Below the pieces are notes generated by a model. That model was not told the DNA's origin, searched no databases, and worked only from the letters and a program-made list of their open reading frames with translations. Both the position numbers and the translations under genes were made by a program. 64,000 nucleotides of DNA from Phycisphaeraceae bacterium (lineage in GTDB: Bacteria > Planctomycetota > Phycisphaerae > Phycisphaerales > Phycisphaeraceae): contig OY771506.1 of NCBI GenBank assembly GCA_963674705.1, forward strand, positions 3,584,001 to 3,648,000, read 5' to 3'. This document shows positions 38,886-49,226 of this stretch, piece by piece; positions within the stretch are counted from its first letter, which is position 1, and every line of letters begins with the position of its first letter.

Positions 38886-40822
38886 CCATTCAACTCCTTC
38901 TCAAGTGTATTCAACGCATCACTCAACCAGACTCGGCCGTTCACCGGGTATAGCGCTTTGGAAACTCGCAACACATCGCTCGCCGCATCGTTTTGACCCA
39001 ATGCGATATAGGTTCGGGTCAGTAACAGAGTCGCATGCCACCATGTGTCGCTGCCAACGGTGGAATCGCTGCGGGCTTTTCGTGCTTCGATAAGCGTTTG
39101 TTCATTACGGTTCAGTTTAAAGAGGCAACGCCCGCGTTCAAGCGCTGCTTCAGGTGAGTCAATATCCGCCAGCAGTTCCAAGGCTTCATTAACCTGCTCT
39201 AGCTCACGCAGGATGCCTGCCCGCAGGATAATCGCCCGCGGTTGCTTTAAGGATTCCAATATACGAGACGCGTCTCGTCTGGCATCCACGCGCATCATCA
39301 ATTCCGCTGCTTCAAGGGCGATCGCTTCATCATCCGGCGATTGGTTAATCGCAGCCGATGCAAGAGTCATCACCTGTGATTGCGTATCGTCACCGACGTT
39401 GTCAGCATACCGATCAGCCAAGGCAGATGCGACGAGCAACAGCGATCTTGGTGTATTGCTTTCCGGTGAGGCCAAGACCTGTCCGGTCGCCCGGTCGATC
39501 ATACCTAACGCGATCCATCGCCTGGTACGCAGCAGGTTTGCCGCGTCCTGCGTATTGTCTTGTGTGCTGAGTATGTCCCAATACTTTTCAAGCACCGCCA
39601 AGGAACCGCGAGGCTCCTCTACTTGTTCTGCCCGCATTAATGCTGCCGAGGATTTGAGTTCGGGATCATCCACCTCATCCACAACGGCGGACAGTTCGGA
39701 TACGACCTCATCTTTATCGAGTGTATTTGATAACACACGGATACGTGCAAAACGCAGGTACGGATCGCTATGGATAAGTGTTTGTTGGTCTGCAATCACA
39801 TTTACATCGGCATTCAAGCCGGAAAGATAGAACCAGCGACGCAGCGCATCACGACGCAGGTTTTCATCAGCGTCCGATTGCACGATGCTTAAGTATGTCT
39901 TGATCGCCTCATCTCGATAGATTGCTTGATCGGACGGACCGGACTGCTCAGCGACTGCTTCCAGATTGACGGCATAAGCCAGCCGCGTATCTAACGTGGG
40001 ATCGGCTTCTAACGCCTGACGCCAGAGCGCCAGTGATTGGTCGATTCTACCGGTCTGTTGAAGCAATGATGCGTGCAAAGCAGTGGAACCCGGCGGGGGG
40101 TCTTGTTCCAGTGTTTGTAATGCCGCTTCATATTTTTTCACCGCCGCCTGTTCTCGTGCCCAGATGAGTCTCTCGTCCGGGGTCAGCACACCAAGTGAGT
40201 CAAGCAGTTGTAGCCGGTCGTAAGCTGAAACACTTTTTACAACACCCTCACGCCGGGCAAAATCTGCGGCCTTTTCATTTTCGCCCATCGCGGCAAATGC
40301 TCTTGCACGCAGCCAATCGGCAACATCGCCAAGTCCGCCTGCCTCCGCCAGTGCACGCTTCGGATCAATCAGCAGATATGCTTCGGTCGCCTCCAGCTGC
40401 GACAACCTGCGTATGCCGTTGTCCGATCGACTGGAAAGCAGTGGTTCAAGCGCCGCAAGGGCTTCTTCGGGGTTACCGAGTTGTCGATACACGCGCGATT
40501 CGCCGATATAGCCCAGTTGGCCTGCCGGCAGTTGCAGGTAATCCACCCGCATCGCCCGAAATACATCAAGTGCCTGTTGTGCGTAGTCTTTCTCTGGATC
40601 GAGCAATGCCGCTTTGCGAAGCAGTTCGCCTTTCAGAAAAGCATTAGCACATTGTTCATTCGGCGTTTGTGCATTTTCCAGTTCAGCTATCACCGATGAA
40701 ACGACAGCCTGCACGTAAAGTGGATCGGCGTCACCCTCACGCTGCAACATATCCAGCTCCGCTGCGGGATTCGCAATCACGGAAGCCAGCACCAACACCA
40801 GTGTTTTGAGGCTTAATACCAT
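38882..40822 (-). CDS. Exported TPR-like helical repeat protein
   Basis: Signal peptide; A/L-rich helical repeats; overlaps neighbouring genes as in an operon. Confidence 0.7.
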   Translation of the reverse strand: MVLSLKTLVLVLASVIANPAAELDMLQREGDADPLYVQAVVSSVIAELENAQTPNEQCANAFLKGELLRKAALLDPEKDYAQQALDVFRAMRVDYLQLPAGQLGYIGESRVYRQLGNPEEALAALEPLLSSRSDNGIRRLSQLEATEAYLLIDPKRALAEAGGLGDVADWLRARAFAAMGENEKAADFARREGVVKSVSAYDRLQLLDSLGVLTPDERLIWAREQAAVKKYEAALQTLEQDPPPGSTALHASLLQQTGRIDQSLALWRQALEADPTLDTRLAYAVNLEAVAEQSGPSDQAIYRDEAIKTYLSIVQSDADENLRRDALRRWFYLSGLNADVNVIADQQTLIHSDPYLRFARIRVLSNTLDKDEVVSELSAVVDEVDDPELKSSAALMRAEQVEEPRGSLAVLEKYWDILSTQDNTQDAANLLRTRRWIALGMIDRATGQVLASPESNTPRSLLLVASALADRYADNVGDDTQSQVMTLASAAINQSPDDEAIALEAAELMMRVDARRDASRILESLKQPRAIILRAGILRELEQVNEALELLADIDSPEAALERGRCLFKLNRNEQTLIEARKARSDSTVGSDTWWHATLLLTRTYIALGQNDAASDVLRVSKALYPVNGRVWLSDALNTLEKELNG

Positions 40823-42852
40823 ATTTCGCCGAACTGAGGGATCAGGTATTCATACATAAACGGATTGCTCATCCGTTTGTAGGGTTCAAATAGCCCGTTC
40901 TTCATTGTGAAGTTGCTATCGATCAGGAATCGCGAGATTTCTGAGGGCTTGTGTTGTTCGAGCAAGCGTCCAATGATTTCAGCCATATACGCCCGTTCGT
41001 ATGGGTTATCGCTATCTTTCAGGACCGGCAAAATCTGCCCCACAACGCCCTCGGTATGGCATAAGGAAAGGGCCAGTATGACTTCCCGGTTAACGAAGTA
41101 ATGCTCGTCGTAATAACGCACAAGTATGGGGATCGCTTCGTCCGTACCAATGACACCCAGCGACAAGACTGCTGCGCGTTTGGACATCAAGTTAGTCGTC
41201 TCGTCACGTGTAGGGGGCTGGGCCATAAACGCCGGAATGTGGCTGATCAGATTGTGGTCACCCAGCATGGCTCTAGCGAGTGAAACGTATCCACCCAGTA
41301 GCTGGCTATTTTGATTCAGTGCATCATGATGATTGACAAGAGTTTTAAGATTAGCGGTTCGTCCGCTGATACCCAAGGCTATTGCGCAGGCCGTGCGAAC
41401 TTCAATTTTTTCTCGCTTGTCCAGCAATCTTTCGGTCAACAGTTCGATCGCGGAAAGATACGCCGGGGTATCAGAAATACCTTGATCAGCCATGTACGGC
41501 CTGGCATAGATCCCAAGCCCAATAGCCGCAAAACCTCGCATCGGAGATTCGAGTTTTTCCTGTGTTTTTAACCGACCATTCTCATCTCGGTCGCTGGCGA
41601 CTGCTAACAGGAGCGGAAGCCCATCTTTCGAGCCAATCTGCCCCAGACTGATCAGGGCAAAGCACTTGGGCGTGATGTTGTATTCGTCCTCACGTTCTTC
41701 AATCAGTAATTGAAGCGTGCGGATTACCTCGGGTTGATTACCCGCTTGCCCCAGGGCAATCACAGCCGAAGTCCGAAGCCGGGCCATATAGATATCTTCG
41801 ACACCCTTAACCATCTTGAGGTTGTCTAAAAAGACCACGGGACGGTCGGCGGGGTTTCTGCCTTTGGGCGCGGGCAGGTCATGGGGCTGAACATCACTGC
41901 GAATTACTTCGGATTTTTCGTCGTAAGGCGTCGGTTCATATGAGAAGAGCCTGCGATGAGCTTGAAGCCATTCGCGGTATTCACTAAGTGTAATCGGCCC
42001 GAGTTTATCATTACGCAGTGCAAGCAGGAACTGCCACACCGGCACTTCTTCTATTGCTGTATCGCCGGAAGCGATCACGGTCAGTACCCTTAAACCGATT
42101 TTTTCAGCTATGCGTCCTAACGACAATCCCGATTCTGATACAAGCCACGGGTTGTGAGATCCGGCGATCCACTTTATCGCCATATCCTCAGTGATCCCGT
42201 TTTTATGCTGTGAAAGCGCCCAATACGCCGCATAAGAAACAGACGATGAGGGATCCTTGCATAGTTCCTGTAATCGAGTGCGCAATTGATCGCTTAATGT
42301 AGGCAGGAACCCGCAAGCGATGATCGCTGATGCTTTCATACGTTCGGATTCTGGTGAGTAAGATCCCAGCAGTTCTTCGCTGCGATCACCACCGATCATA
42401 CCGATCGCCAATAAAGCATGAGATCGGACCTCTCCCATTGAATCGTTTTCTGCTGCTTCGATGAGCGCATCCAGCACTTCATCCGGGGCGGGGCTCCCGA
42501 TTCGTCCCAACGCTATCGCAGCCGATTTTCGAGCTTCAACGTTTGAGTCCTTCAGCAATTCAACAAGTGTTTTGAATGCTTCGCCGCGCAGGTTATTGCG
42601 CTGCTCCTGGCTGATGTCCTGCGTATTGAAACCTTGGTTGGCGGGATATAGATATCGCTCACGATTCGCTTCCCACCAATGGACCCAGGACCAGCGTAGT
42701 TCATATACCGGTGGTGGGTATTTGATAACGGGATCAGGCGTTGGTTCTTGTTTTGGTGGCGGCGGTGGTGGTGGGGGGGGATTCCTTCTGGGAGGCCGGT
42801 ATGGCTCACTATGTGCCAATAGCGGGCCTGCGATCAAAAGGATGGCAAACAT
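40813..42852 (-). CDS. Exported HEAT-repeat protein
   Basis: Repeated A.IALG.IG units, poly-Pro linker, W..WWEANRE motif; start uncertain. Confidence 0.8.
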   Translation of the reverse strand: MFAILLIAGPLLAHSEPYRPPRRNPPPPPPPPPKQEPTPDPVIKYPPPVYELRWSWVHWWEANRERYLYPANQGFNTQDISQEQRNNLRGEAFKTLVELLKDSNVEARKSAAIALGRIGSPAPDEVLDALIEAAENDSMGEVRSHALLAIGMIGGDRSEELLGSYSPESERMKASAIIACGFLPTLSDQLRTRLQELCKDPSSSVSYAAYWALSQHKNGITEDMAIKWIAGSHNPWLVSESGLSLGRIAEKIGLRVLTVIASGDTAIEEVPVWQFLLALRNDKLGPITLSEYREWLQAHRRLFSYEPTPYDEKSEVIRSDVQPHDLPAPKGRNPADRPVVFLDNLKMVKGVEDIYMARLRTSAVIALGQAGNQPEVIRTLQLLIEEREDEYNITPKCFALISLGQIGSKDGLPLLLAVASDRDENGRLKTQEKLESPMRGFAAIGLGIYARPYMADQGISDTPAYLSAIELLTERLLDKREKIEVRTACAIALGISGRTANLKTLVNHHDALNQNSQLLGGYVSLARAMLGDHNLISHIPAFMAQPPTRDETTNLMSKRAAVLSLGVIGTDEAIPILVRYYDEHYFVNREVILALSLCHTEGVVGQILPVLKDSDNPYERAYMAEIIGRLLEQHKPSEISRFLIDSNFTMKNGLFEPYKRMSNPFMYEYLIPQFGEIWY

Positions 42853-42923
42853 CCAGACCAGCAGCGACCTGATCGACCCCGGGATTTGTACTATTGTGTT
42901 CAATGTTGATGTAGTATAAACCG

Positions 42924-44159
42924 ATGGCCGGTCGGCACACAAGCCAAAATCGAAAAAAGTCTCACCCTATTTGGTGGATCACCCAGGGCGTGGTTGTGTT
43001 GTTGCTTGGTTCGATCATGCTCTGGCTGATCATCCCCGAAACCGATCCGGTTCACCAGGCGGCCGACTCGTCAACCGATCAAGCGGCCCTGGACCGGATA
43101 GAAGCCTGCAAGGACGCGCCGCTTGAGTACCTCGTTACGCACACATCCGACACCGACTGGCGTGTCCGGGCGGCTGCGTATGAAGCCCTTTGGGAGATAG
43201 CGCCTTTCAAGGATGTCCCCCTGAGAGATACACCACTGGAAAAACGTGAAGCGTTATTGTTGGAATGGCTGGATCAAAACGCACCGCATCTTGCTACAGA
43301 TCTTTGCGAGTTATACGTATCCCCGCAGCACCTGTGCCTTGGCAAAACATTGGTACAGCGTTGCATGACCTGCCACCTTGGTCCAGAACCTGCACCTGAA
43401 TATGAGCCCTTGCAGTGTGCTCCATGCCACGAGCAAATTCATCAGCAATGGACCGGCACGGCACACGCCAACAGCCTGACCCACCTGCGTTATATCACGA
43501 TCGATCCAACCACCCGCCAGCAGGTTCCGCTTGAATTTGAAGGCCGAATGGGATTGTCCTGTATTGCATGTCATGAGGCCACACAGCTGACCCCCCAGAC
43601 CGATTGTGTTGCGTCTTTCAAGACCCATGCTTGTGGTACGTGCCACAGCCAGGCCCAATCGCAGTGGGAAGTCTGGCGGACATCGGATCGCTACCAGCAC
43701 GCCAACTGGCCACCGGGTTCGCTGGAAAAGCTGGAAGGACCACCGCAGGGATGTACTGACTGCCACATGAAAGAGCACGAGCATCTTTGGGCCGCCCGTC
43801 GCGATCTGGCGTTCCTGCAGTCTGGGATCAAGCTGAATATCAAGCGAATACCTCGGCAACCCACTGTGATCGAACTCTACAACCTGACCGGCCACGCCTT
43901 CCCGACCGAGACGACTCGCCGCTCGCTGCAACTCTTCATCCAGACCGACGACGGCGAAGAACGCTTGCTCGCCGAATTGGCGGATCAGATACCGGGCCAG
44001 GATTTAGCCGATAATATCGAGCCCCCGCTGGCTCCCAGCGAAGTCCGTCAGTATCCGCTCGCGGACGGCGTTGGCATCGTCCGGGCTCGGCTGGTCTTCG
44101 TCCGTAACCGCTTCCAGGAAGGCGCCTACACGATCCAGATCGCGGAAACCGATCGATAG
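42924..44159 (+). CDS. Membrane-anchored pentaheme c-type cytochrome (c554-like) with one HEAT-like repeat
   Basis: CMTCH, CAPCH, CIACH, CGTCH, CTDCH; W.GTAHA; GHAFPT. Confidence 0.85.
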   Translation: MAGRHTSQNRKKSHPIWWITQGVVVLLLGSIMLWLIIPETDPVHQAADSSTDQAALDRIEACKDAPLEYLVTHTSDTDWRVRAAAYEALWEIAPFKDVPLRDTPLEKREALLLEWLDQNAPHLATDLCELYVSPQHLCLGKTLVQRCMTCHLGPEPAPEYEPLQCAPCHEQIHQQWTGTAHANSLTHLRYITIDPTTRQQVPLEFEGRMGLSCIACHEATQLTPQTDCVASFKTHACGTCHSQAQSQWEVWRTSDRYQHANWPPGSLEKLEGPPQGCTDCHMKEHEHLWAARRDLAFLQSGIKLNIKRIPRQPTVIELYNLTGHAFPTETTRRSLQLFIQTDDGEERLLAELADQIPGQDLADNIEPPLAPSEVRQYPLADGVGIVRARLVFVRNRFQEGAYTIQIAETDR

Positions 44160-44211
44160 TCAACATCTGGCCCGATTGGCTGTTCAACACGCCCCCGTTT
44201 ATGCTTTAAGC

Positions 44212-45432
44212 ATGAACGCTGCTGTGTTCCTCGATCGTGATAACACGCTGATCCACAACGACGGCGACCTGGGCGACCCGGAAAAGGTCCGCCTGATCCA
44301 GGGCGTCGCCAGTGCTGTCGCCTCGCTCAGTGGGCTGGGTTACAAGGTTATCGTCGTGACCAACCAGGGCGGTGTTGCCCGAGGCAAGTACTCCGAGCAG
44401 GATGTCGACCTGGTCCATCGGCGGATCAGCGAACTGCTCGAAGCCAGCACCAGCGGGGCGAAGGTCGACCGTTACTACTACTGTCCGTACCACCCCCAGG
44501 GCACCGTCTCGCGGTATCGCAAGGAACACCCGAACCGCAAACCCGCCCCCGGGATGCTGCTGGAAGCGGCGCAGGAGATGGGACTGGACCTGTCGCAGAG
44601 TTGGATGATCGGCGACCAGATCCGTGACATCCAGGCAGGCAAGGCGGCGGGAACCCGGACGGTCCTTCTGCGTCTCGATGCCGACCGACTCAAGCCCTTC
44701 GATCCTCGCGAATATCCTGGGGTCATTGATGAGTCTGTCGATGATGGCCAGGAAAAGGCCTCGCCCGACTTTTATGCACGCAACCTCGTTGAGGCTGTCC
44801 GTATCGTTGCCCAGCAACGTAAGCCGGAGACCAGCGAGACGATTAACCGCGCAGGACGAAGCCAACGAAAGTGGGATGCCGCCGCCGTAGCCAAGCTGCA
44901 GCAGGAAAGGCGAACCGCTCAAACCAGTGCATCGACCGACGCCGAAGATTCTGAGCCTCAAGCAGAATCACAATCGAGTTCTCCTGCAGGTGCACAACAG
45001 GCAACACAAACACAAGCCATACCCAAGCCTTTCCGACCATGGAACGTGCCGCTCGCTGAGTTGGATGATACTCAAGAAGAAACGGCTGCTGAACCCCAGG
45101 TCACGGTGAAGCAGGTTACGCCCGTTGCTAAACCCGAGGCCGCCCCTCAGCCTAAGCCCTCGCCCGCCGCTCCGCCGCCGGTGCAAGAAGACCTTACGCA
45201 AGTCGAAAAGACGCTGCGTCTGATCCTTCAGGAACTGCGAAGCCAACGCGGTATGGGTGAGGAATTTTCCTACGCCAAGATATTTGCCATCGTGCTGCAG
45301 ACGATTGCCGGCGCCTGTCTGCTTGGCGCCTTCTACCTGGGGTCTTCCGACCCCACGACGTTTTCACGTCTGATAGAGTCGGCCATATTTGCCCAACTGG
45401 CGGTTGTCACCGCCTTGCTTTGGGATCGCTAA
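44212..45432 (+). CDS. gmhB: GmhB-type HAD phosphatase with C-terminal linker and two TM helices
   Basis: FLDRDNTL, TNQGG, CPYHP, RKPAPGML, IGD...D. Confidence 0.85.
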   Translation: MNAAVFLDRDNTLIHNDGDLGDPEKVRLIQGVASAVASLSGLGYKVIVVTNQGGVARGKYSEQDVDLVHRRISELLEASTSGAKVDRYYYCPYHPQGTVSRYRKEHPNRKPAPGMLLEAAQEMGLDLSQSWMIGDQIRDIQAGKAAGTRTVLLRLDADRLKPFDPREYPGVIDESVDDGQEKASPDFYARNLVEAVRIVAQQRKPETSETINRAGRSQRKWDAAAVAKLQQERRTAQTSASTDAEDSEPQAESQSSSPAGAQQATQTQAIPKPFRPWNVPLAELDDTQEETAAEPQVTVKQVTPVAKPEAAPQPKPSPAAPPPVQEDLTQVEKTLRLILQELRSQRGMGEEFSYAKIFAIVLQTIAGACLLGAFYLGSSDPTTFSRLIESAIFAQLAVVTALLWDR

Positions 45433-45456
45433 TCAGCCGTTGCTATACTTGCCCGG

Positions 45457-46545
45457 ATGCACGTAGACGCACATGAATTGAAACCCGGTCGCCTCCTGGT
45501 CGTCATGCCGACCTGGTTGGGGGATTGCGTGATGGCGATGCCCACGCTGCGTGCTCTGCGCGAACTCTATCCCGATGCGCATATCACGGCACTGGTCGGC
45601 AAGAATGTTAAACCGATCATCGATCCCAATCCGTGGGTGAATCGGACGCTGACCGCCAGGGTCCGGCGCGGCGGTAAAACCGAGCAGAAAGAGGGTGGGC
45701 CGTTCCGACTCGCAGCGAAACTCGCCAACGGCAAATTTGATCTGGCGGTCATCCTGCCCAACAGCTTCCGCAGCGCTCTGATCACAGCTTTGGCGAAAAT
45801 CCCGCGGCGGCTTGGATACGACCGGGACGGCAGGGGGGTGCTGCTGACCGACCGCCTCATCGCCCGCCGCACGCTCGAAGGTTACGTCCCCGTCCCAACG
45901 CGAGACTATTACCTGAGCCTGGCCAACTATCTCGGCGCGATGAGCCCCGATCCACAAATGCAGCTTTTTACGCGCAAAGAAGACGATGAATCCGCGGACA
46001 AGCTGTTACGCAAGGGAGGATTCGATCCGCAATCCGGTCAACACCTTGTACTGCTCAATCCCGGCGCCAACTACGGCGACGCCAAGATGTGGTTTCCCGA
46101 ACGTTACGCAGAGGTTGCAGACAAGTGCGTTGAAAAACTCGGTGCCTTCATCGCTGTCAGCGGAGCCCCGAAAGAGCGGCCGATCCTTGACAAAGTTATC
46201 CAATCCGCGAAAAAGCCGATCCTCGATCTCCAGGATGCGGGCATGACGCTCAATCAACTCAAGAGCATCGTCCGACATGCATCGGTAATGATTACGAACG
46301 ACACCGGCCCGCGCCACATCGCCGCCGCGATGAATACCCCCGTCGTTACGATCTTCGGCCCGACCGATCCGGCTTGGACCGTTATCAGCTTCAAACACGA
46401 GCGCCAGGTTATGGAAAAAGTTTTCTGTGGACCGTGCCAGAAGAAGAAGTGCCCCTTAGACCACCGTTGCATGACACGCATCGATGCAGATCGTGTTACC
46501 GGCGAAGTGGTCGATCTGCTCAAGACCGTGGAGGCAGGTGCTTGA
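45457..46545 (+). CDS. waaF: LPS heptosyltransferase II (GT9)
   Basis: PTWLGDCVMA, LPNSFRSA, NPGANYGDAK.W, NDTGPRHIAAA, FGPT. Confidence 0.9.
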   Translation: MHVDAHELKPGRLLVVMPTWLGDCVMAMPTLRALRELYPDAHITALVGKNVKPIIDPNPWVNRTLTARVRRGGKTEQKEGGPFRLAAKLANGKFDLAVILPNSFRSALITALAKIPRRLGYDRDGRGVLLTDRLIARRTLEGYVPVPTRDYYLSLANYLGAMSPDPQMQLFTRKEDDESADKLLRKGGFDPQSGQHLVLLNPGANYGDAKMWFPERYAEVADKCVEKLGAFIAVSGAPKERPILDKVIQSAKKPILDLQDAGMTLNQLKSIVRHASVMITNDTGPRHIAAAMNTPVVTIFGPTDPAWTVISFKHERQVMEKVFCGPCQKKKCPLDHRCMTRIDADRVTGEVVDLLKTVEAGA

Positions 46546-46547
46546 AC

Positions 46548-47741
46548 ATGGCAAACACCGCAGCCATGAAGATCGCGATCATCATCGAGCGATTCGATCC
46601 GCACGCCGGCGGCCTCGAACGATCCACGGCGCAGATCGCTACCGAACTTACGAAGCGCGGCCACGATGTCACGCTCATCGCAGGCGGATGTCGAGATACA
46701 AACAGCCTGCCCGGCATCACCATTCGTGCGTTCGCCAGACGAAAGGCATCATCTGCCTTACGGCTCTATCGCTTCGTCAAATGGGCGAAAGAACAGATTG
46801 ATACTGGCCAATTCGATACCACGCTTTCGATGACTACGGCCGTGCCCGCGCGTGTGATGCAGCCCCGTGGCGGGACTGTACGGGAAACACTCGAACGTAA
46901 CATCGCCATGCGATCCACACCGGCAGCGCGACTCAACAAGCGACTGGCAGTCTTTTTCAATCCCAAGCAGCGTCTGCTGCAATCGCTCGAAAAAAACGCG
47001 TTTGAAAACCTGCAGCTTTTCAAAGTCGCCGCAGTCAGCCAATACGTGACACGCCAGCTTGAATCGCACTATAAACTTCCGAGTGACCGCGTTGAGTTGA
47101 TCCCCAATGCCGCGGTCATGCCCGAGGTCGATGCGGATACACGTCTAGCCTGGCGTCAACGGATCCGTGAAAGCTTCAAGATCCCCGACTCTGCGACGGT
47201 ATTTCTCTTTGCCGCTATCAATCCCCGGCTCAAAGGCTTCGATCCACTCATGCGGGCGCTGGCGATCCTCAAGGACCGGCGTGTCGATGCACGGGTTCTG
47301 TTGGCTGGCGAGTTCTGGCATCAGCACAATAGAGCGGCCGAGAAACTTCGCGTCAGGGACCGCGTCTGCTTCATCCGCCACACACGCAAGATCGAGGCCC
47401 TCTACGCCGCCGCCGACGTCACCGTCCACCCGACGTTTTACGACCCGGCCAGCAAGGTTGTCATCGAATCCCTGATGATGGGGGTCCCCGCCATCAGCAC
47501 CGCCTACAACGGGGCCAGCGACCTGATCGAGCCCGAGAATTCGCCGGCTCGCGGCCGAGTCATCCCGGACCCCTCCGACGCCCTTGCCCTGGCAAACGCC
47601 ATGCAATCACTGACTGCCCCCCAGGCTCTCCGAGCCTGTCAGGACGCCTGCAAGGGCCTGGAAGCCGGTTTATCCATGAAAGCCCATGTGGATCAACTGG
47701 AAGACCTGCTGCGTCGATCCCTGCCTGTGGAAGACGCATAA
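46548..47741 (+). CDS. GT4 glycosyltransferase (WaaG-like LPS core)
   Basis: GGLER, KG, HPTFYDPASKVVIESL. Confidence 0.85.
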   Translation: MANTAAMKIAIIIERFDPHAGGLERSTAQIATELTKRGHDVTLIAGGCRDTNSLPGITIRAFARRKASSALRLYRFVKWAKEQIDTGQFDTTLSMTTAVPARVMQPRGGTVRETLERNIAMRSTPAARLNKRLAVFFNPKQRLLQSLEKNAFENLQLFKVAAVSQYVTRQLESHYKLPSDRVELIPNAAVMPEVDADTRLAWRQRIRESFKIPDSATVFLFAAINPRLKGFDPLMRALAILKDRRVDARVLLAGEFWHQHNRAAEKLRVRDRVCFIRHTRKIEALYAAADVTVHPTFYDPASKVVIESLMMGVPAISTAYNGASDLIEPENSPARGRVIPDPSDALALANAMQSLTAPQALRACQDACKGLEAGLSMKAHVDQLEDLLRRSLPVEDA

Positions 47742-47906
47742 ATGGTTGTTATCGAATAAGATAAGTTGAAGGCAGGGCGGTTGTGGTGGCCATGAAAAGG
47801 CAGCGATAACCTTGACCTAATTTGCATATTTTGATGCTCTAACCCTATACTACGCGGCTCGTAACATACGGATATACCAACCAACCCCTGCCCGGAACGG
47901 ACAGAC

Positions 47907-48278
<372 letters not shown>

Positions 48279-48484
48279 GTTTGAGCCGTTATCCTTCAGC
48301 CATTAGCCGTTAGCTAAAGGCTTGATGTGCAAGCAGGCGGTTGGTTACGAGATAGTCTGATTACTCATTGTTTTCGGAAAGTAATCGCTGAGCCGTGTTG
48401 GCAAAGCGGTGAACGATGAGGGAAAGCTGGTAGCTGAAGCTATCGACTCTCACCCCTCGACGATCCGACGAAAGGAAAAGCCAC

Positions 48485-48961
48485 ATGGCAGGCAGAATCA
48501 CCAAAGCTGAAGAACAACTGAAACCCGATCCTCGCTACGGCGACAAGGTCCTCTCACGTTTCATCAACTGCGTGATGAAGGACGGCAAGAAGTCCGTCGC
48601 ACAGCGCGTTGTCTACGATGCCCTCGACGAGATCGAAAAGCGAACCAAGGGCGACCCCAAGGCGATCGACGTCTTCCACGACGCCATCAACAACGTCAAG
48701 CCGGAAGTCGAAGTCCGCTCCAAGCGTGTCGGCGGCACCAACTACCAGGTGCCCATGCAGGTCAACAAGCGTCGCCAGCAGTCGCTGACCTTCCGCTGGA
48801 TCATCGGCGCCGCCCGTGCCGAATCGGGTAAGCCCATGTACCTGCGTCTTGCCAAGGAACTCATGGACGCCTCCCGTAAGGAAGGCAAGGCCATGAACAC
48901 CCGCGACCAGGTTCACCGTATGGCCGACGCCAACAAGGCCTTTGCTCACTTCGCCTGGTAA
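48485..48961 (+). CDS. rpsG: 30S ribosomal protein S7
   Basis: GKKSVA, EVRSKRVGG.NYQVP, MADANKAFAHFAW. Confidence 0.99.
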   Translation: MAGRITKAEEQLKPDPRYGDKVLSRFINCVMKDGKKSVAQRVVYDALDEIEKRTKGDPKAIDVFHDAINNVKPEVEVRSKRVGGTNYQVPMQVNKRRQQSLTFRWIIGAARAESGKPMYLRLAKELMDASRKEGKAMNTRDQVHRMADANKAFAHFAW

Positions 48962-48990
48962 GCAACAGCCAACAATCCGAATCAACGACG

Positions 48991-49017
48991 ACGCCCCGCC
49001 AATTGGTGGGGCGTTTT
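48991..49017 (+). terminator. Terminator-like hairpin after rpsG (near-identical copy at 50673-50699)
   Basis: ACGCCCCGCC AATT GGTGGGGCGT TTT. Confidence 0.7.
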
Positions 49018-49226
49018 ACATGAGCACTTTATCCCGAGATAAGCACATGCATTCCCACGGTATCCGATTGTTTACACTTCTGTATGTCAATTGCAATTGA
49101 ATTGACTAGAATAAGTAGTGCGGTATCTGAATGATTGTGAAAGATTTTGTTGCTTTGTCTACGCGCGTTATAAAAACGCTTGGAGACCTACGCTGTTCAT
49201 ACCAATTAATCCCGTGTTTCTAATCG

